A stretch of DNA of 64,000 nucleotides. Source: an uncultured Verrucomicrobiaceae bacterium (GTDB taxonomy: Bacteria; Verrucomicrobiota; Verrucomicrobiia; Verrucomicrobiales; Verrucomicrobiaceae). Location of the stretch: positions 2,791,060 through 2,855,059 of the forward strand of contig OW818661.1 in NCBI GenBank assembly GCA_942493005.1, read 5' to 3'. Below are positions 62,133 through 64,000 of the stretch, one piece after another. Each line of letters begins with the position of its first letter. Position 1 is the first letter of the stretch. The notes below the pieces were generated by a model. It made no database searches. It worked only from the letters and a program-made list of their open reading frames with translations, and was not told the origin of the DNA. A program made the translations under genes and the position numbers.

Positions 62133-62225
62133 CTACTAGAAAATACGCGAGATCGGGCGTATTGCTACACCGCTTATTGGCCGAAAACTTGCGCCCTTTT
62201 GCGACGTAGTATCTGTATCCCCCCA

Positions 62226-63563
62226 ATGAAAAGTTCTTCTCAGTTCTCCCGTCGCCAGTTTCTACGTGGTGCCGGCATCATGCTTGGCCTCCCGTGGTTT
62301 GAATCGGTGTCGTCCTTTGGCGCTCCGGTGGTCAAAGGCACGCCACAGGCCCCTCGGCGTCTGGGCATCTGCTTTTTCGGCAATGGGGTGAACCCACATC
62401 ATTGGGGTGCTTCGAACACTCCTGGCGGCCTGGAGTTTTTACAGACGCTGAAACCTCTGGAGCCCGTGAAGAACAAGGTGATGGTCTTCAAAGGCCTGTG
62501 GAATCCCTCCACCGTCACGGGTCCTGGAGGTCACTACCCGAAGATGAATATCCTTTCCGGGCTGAAGGTGAAGCAAACCACCACGGATGTGGAAGTGGGC
62601 CTGACCATGGACCAAATCATCGCCAATAAGATCGGCCAGCAGACCCCTGTGGCCAGCCTCGCCATCGGCACGGAAGGGCCCAAGTACAGCACCGACAGCG
62701 GCTACACGTCTCTTTACTCCGCCTACCTTTCCTGGAGCAGCCCGACGACGCCCGCCCCCAAGGAGATCTACCCACAACAGGCCTTTGACCAACTCTTTGA
62801 TGACGGCAGCAAACGCGCCCGTGACAAGAGTGTGCTGGACCTCGTGATGCAGGACGCCAGCAGTCTGCGTGGCAAGCTGAGCCGTCGCGATGGCCAGAAG
62901 CTGGATGAATACCTCACCTCAGTCCGGGATCTGGAGCAGCGCATCGCGCGCTCTGAAAAACTTAGCACCGCTGAGGCCACGACCCGTGGCTGGCAGCCCA
63001 GCGTGAAGACTTCCTGGTTGGCCCGCCCCGCCTCCGGCATTCCCGCGCAGCAGGAAGAGCATGTAAAACTCATGCTCGACATCATGGTCCTAGCTTTTCA
63101 GATGGATCGCACCCGCGTGGTGACGAACATGCTGACGAATGACCTTTCCAACATGAACTTCGGCTTCCTGGGCGTGAAAGGGGGGCAGCATGAGCTGTCT
63201 CACCATGCCAATGATGCCGACCGTTTAGCCTCCTACCAAAAGGGCAACGAATACATGGTGAAGGTGTGGTCCGAAGCCCTGCAGAAGATGGAAGCGACCA
63301 ATGAAGGTGAACGCACCCTGCTGGATAACAGCATGATCATGCTGACCTCGAGCCTCTACGATGGCAATGCCCATGACTCCACCCAACTTCCCCTCCTCCT
63401 CGCTGGTGGTGGGGGCGGCACCCTGCGTGGAGGCCGTTACTTCGACTACAGCAAGGACCCGAACCGCAAGCTTTGCCGCCTGCATTTGGCCATGATGGAA
63501 CGCATGGGCGTGAAGACAGACCACTTTGGCGATGCCGACAACCCGCTGCCTGATCTGGTGTGA
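62226..63563 (+). CDS. DUF1552 domain protein with twin-arginine signal
   Basis: SRRQFLRGAGIMLGLPWFES N-terminus, and HELSHH motif (GGQHELSHHAND), typical of DUF1552/HXXSHH. ATG at 62226. Confidence 0.85.
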   Translation: MKSSSQFSRRQFLRGAGIMLGLPWFESVSSFGAPVVKGTPQAPRRLGICFFGNGVNPHHWGASNTPGGLEFLQTLKPLEPVKNKVMVFKGLWNPSTVTGPGGHYPKMNILSGLKVKQTTTDVEVGLTMDQIIANKIGQQTPVASLAIGTEGPKYSTDSGYTSLYSAYLSWSSPTTPAPKEIYPQQAFDQLFDDGSKRARDKSVLDLVMQDASSLRGKLSRRDGQKLDEYLTSVRDLEQRIARSEKLSTAEATTRGWQPSVKTSWLARPASGIPAQQEEHVKLMLDIMVLAFQMDRTRVVTNMLTNDLSNMNFGFLGVKGGQHELSHHANDADRLASYQKGNEYMVKVWSEALQKMEATNEGERTLLDNSMIMLTSSLYDGNAHDSTQLPLLLAGGGGGTLRGGRYFDYSKDPNRKLCRLHLAMMERMGVKTDHFGDADNPLPDLV

Positions 63564-63590
63564 TCTAGCAGCTATTTCCGGTAGGGTGAT

Positions 63591-64000
63591 TTATCCCCTC
63601 TGCCCCAGGCTAGTGAGCTTCGCTTCGGCCTCTTTCCATGCCACCTCATGGGGCAGGCGCTTGGAGGTGGCGGCAAGCGCAGCTGTAACGCCTGCGGCTT
63701 CGCCCATCGCGACGGCATTGCCCGTCACCCGGTAGCTGGCGTGGGCCACGAAGTCGCCACTGATGCAGCGGCCTGCCATCATGAGACCGTCCACATCCTT
63801 GGCAATGAGTGCGCGCAGAGGGATGTCATAGGGGGTGAATTTCTTGACGCCCCCACGCTCAATCGTGAGCTGGTCATTGTCCTTCTTGGACTTCGCATGA
63901 ATATCCACGCCGAAAGTCACCCGGGCCACACCATCTTCGTGGCGGGCTCCATTGACGAGGTCGTCCTTCACCACGGTGTAGCGGCCATGGATGCGTTTGC
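63591..64000 (-). CDS. FAD-dependent oxidoreductase family protein, C-terminal part (5' end outside window)
   Basis: The ORF is open to the window edge. GLMMAGRCISGDFVAHASYRVTGNAVAMGEAAG is the C-terminal FAD-binding segment of the PVC-abundant FAD_oxidored family. Confidence 0.6.
   Translation of the reverse strand, partial: KRIHGRYTVVKDDLVNGARHEDGVARVTFGVDIHAKSKKDNDQLTIERGGVKKFTPYDIPLRALIAKDVDGLMMAGRCISGDFVAHASYRVTGNAVAMGEAAGVTAALAATSKRLPHEVAWKEAEAKLTSLGQRG

Noticed and set aside
10573-62225. N-terminal extensions in the ORF track (e.g. 10573, 12678, 15728, 21415, 26808, 31464, 41801, 44160, 50111, 53174, 56171, 58452, 62112).
   Set aside because: Most begin at TTG or GTG, or add residues before an obvious signal peptide, TM segment or conserved N-terminus. 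I used the internal ATG and flagged alternatives where the choice is uncertain.
1-64000. Looked for tRNA, rRNA, tmRNA, CRISPR arrays, IS elements with terminal inverted repeats, and integrase genes.
   Set aside because: No cloverleaf-like T-arm consensus, rRNA-like stretch or spacer-repeat array was seen in the intergenic regions by eye. The only mobile-element signature is the REP/RAYT locus. A covariance-model scan would be needed to exclude small ncRNAs.

Overview
This is a 64-kb, densely coding chromosomal segment with about 55 protein genes. I found no rRNA, tRNA or CRISPR array. GC is roughly 58-61% in the stretches I hand-counted. The gene content points to a Verrucomicrobiota/PVC-type genome: PSCyt1 and PVC-type heme-binding domains, DUF1552, DUF1080, a TAT-signal Gfo/Idh/MocA oxidoreductase, a Ser/Thr-kinase-FGE fusion, a 615-aa GreA, and a TIGR04073 protein. 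Housekeeping genes (prfA, rpmE, tilS, murJ, ispD, greA) are interspersed with many secreted or envelope proteins.

The dominant feature is a ~14-kb respiratory supercluster at 28.9-43.0 kb. It runs in this order: a perfect TGTGA-N6-TCACA palindrome; actE/actF of alternative complex III, with no actABCD adjacent; a cbb3 CcoN-like gene; an intact CcoO; a monoheme cytochrome c; an aa3 oxidase in the order I-III-IV-x-x-II; then ctaA, ctaB, SCO and DUF420.

The observation I rate highest is that the CcoN-like product appears to have lost one CuB histidine and both helix-X heme-ligand histidines. That would make it a likely non-catalytic 'pseudo-oxidase' scaffold paired with an intact CcoO.

Other points worth a second look:
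- a ~285-aa hydrophilic, His-rich insertion in oxidase subunit III
- a REP/RAYT locus whose transposase carries an in-frame TAG two codons before the presumed catalytic Tyr
- a lower-GC islet with SMI1/KNR4 immunity-type genes and no toxin
- a divergent serpin-like gene next to a 976-aa TolB/M28/PDZ protease
- a TPR-AAA+ / TPR-membrane gene pair
- a secreted caspase-TPR protein
- a lysine-rich histone-H1-like protein
- near-identical in-frame tandem repeats in a DUF6600 coiled-coil protein

All family assignments come from motif reading and memory. No searches were run.
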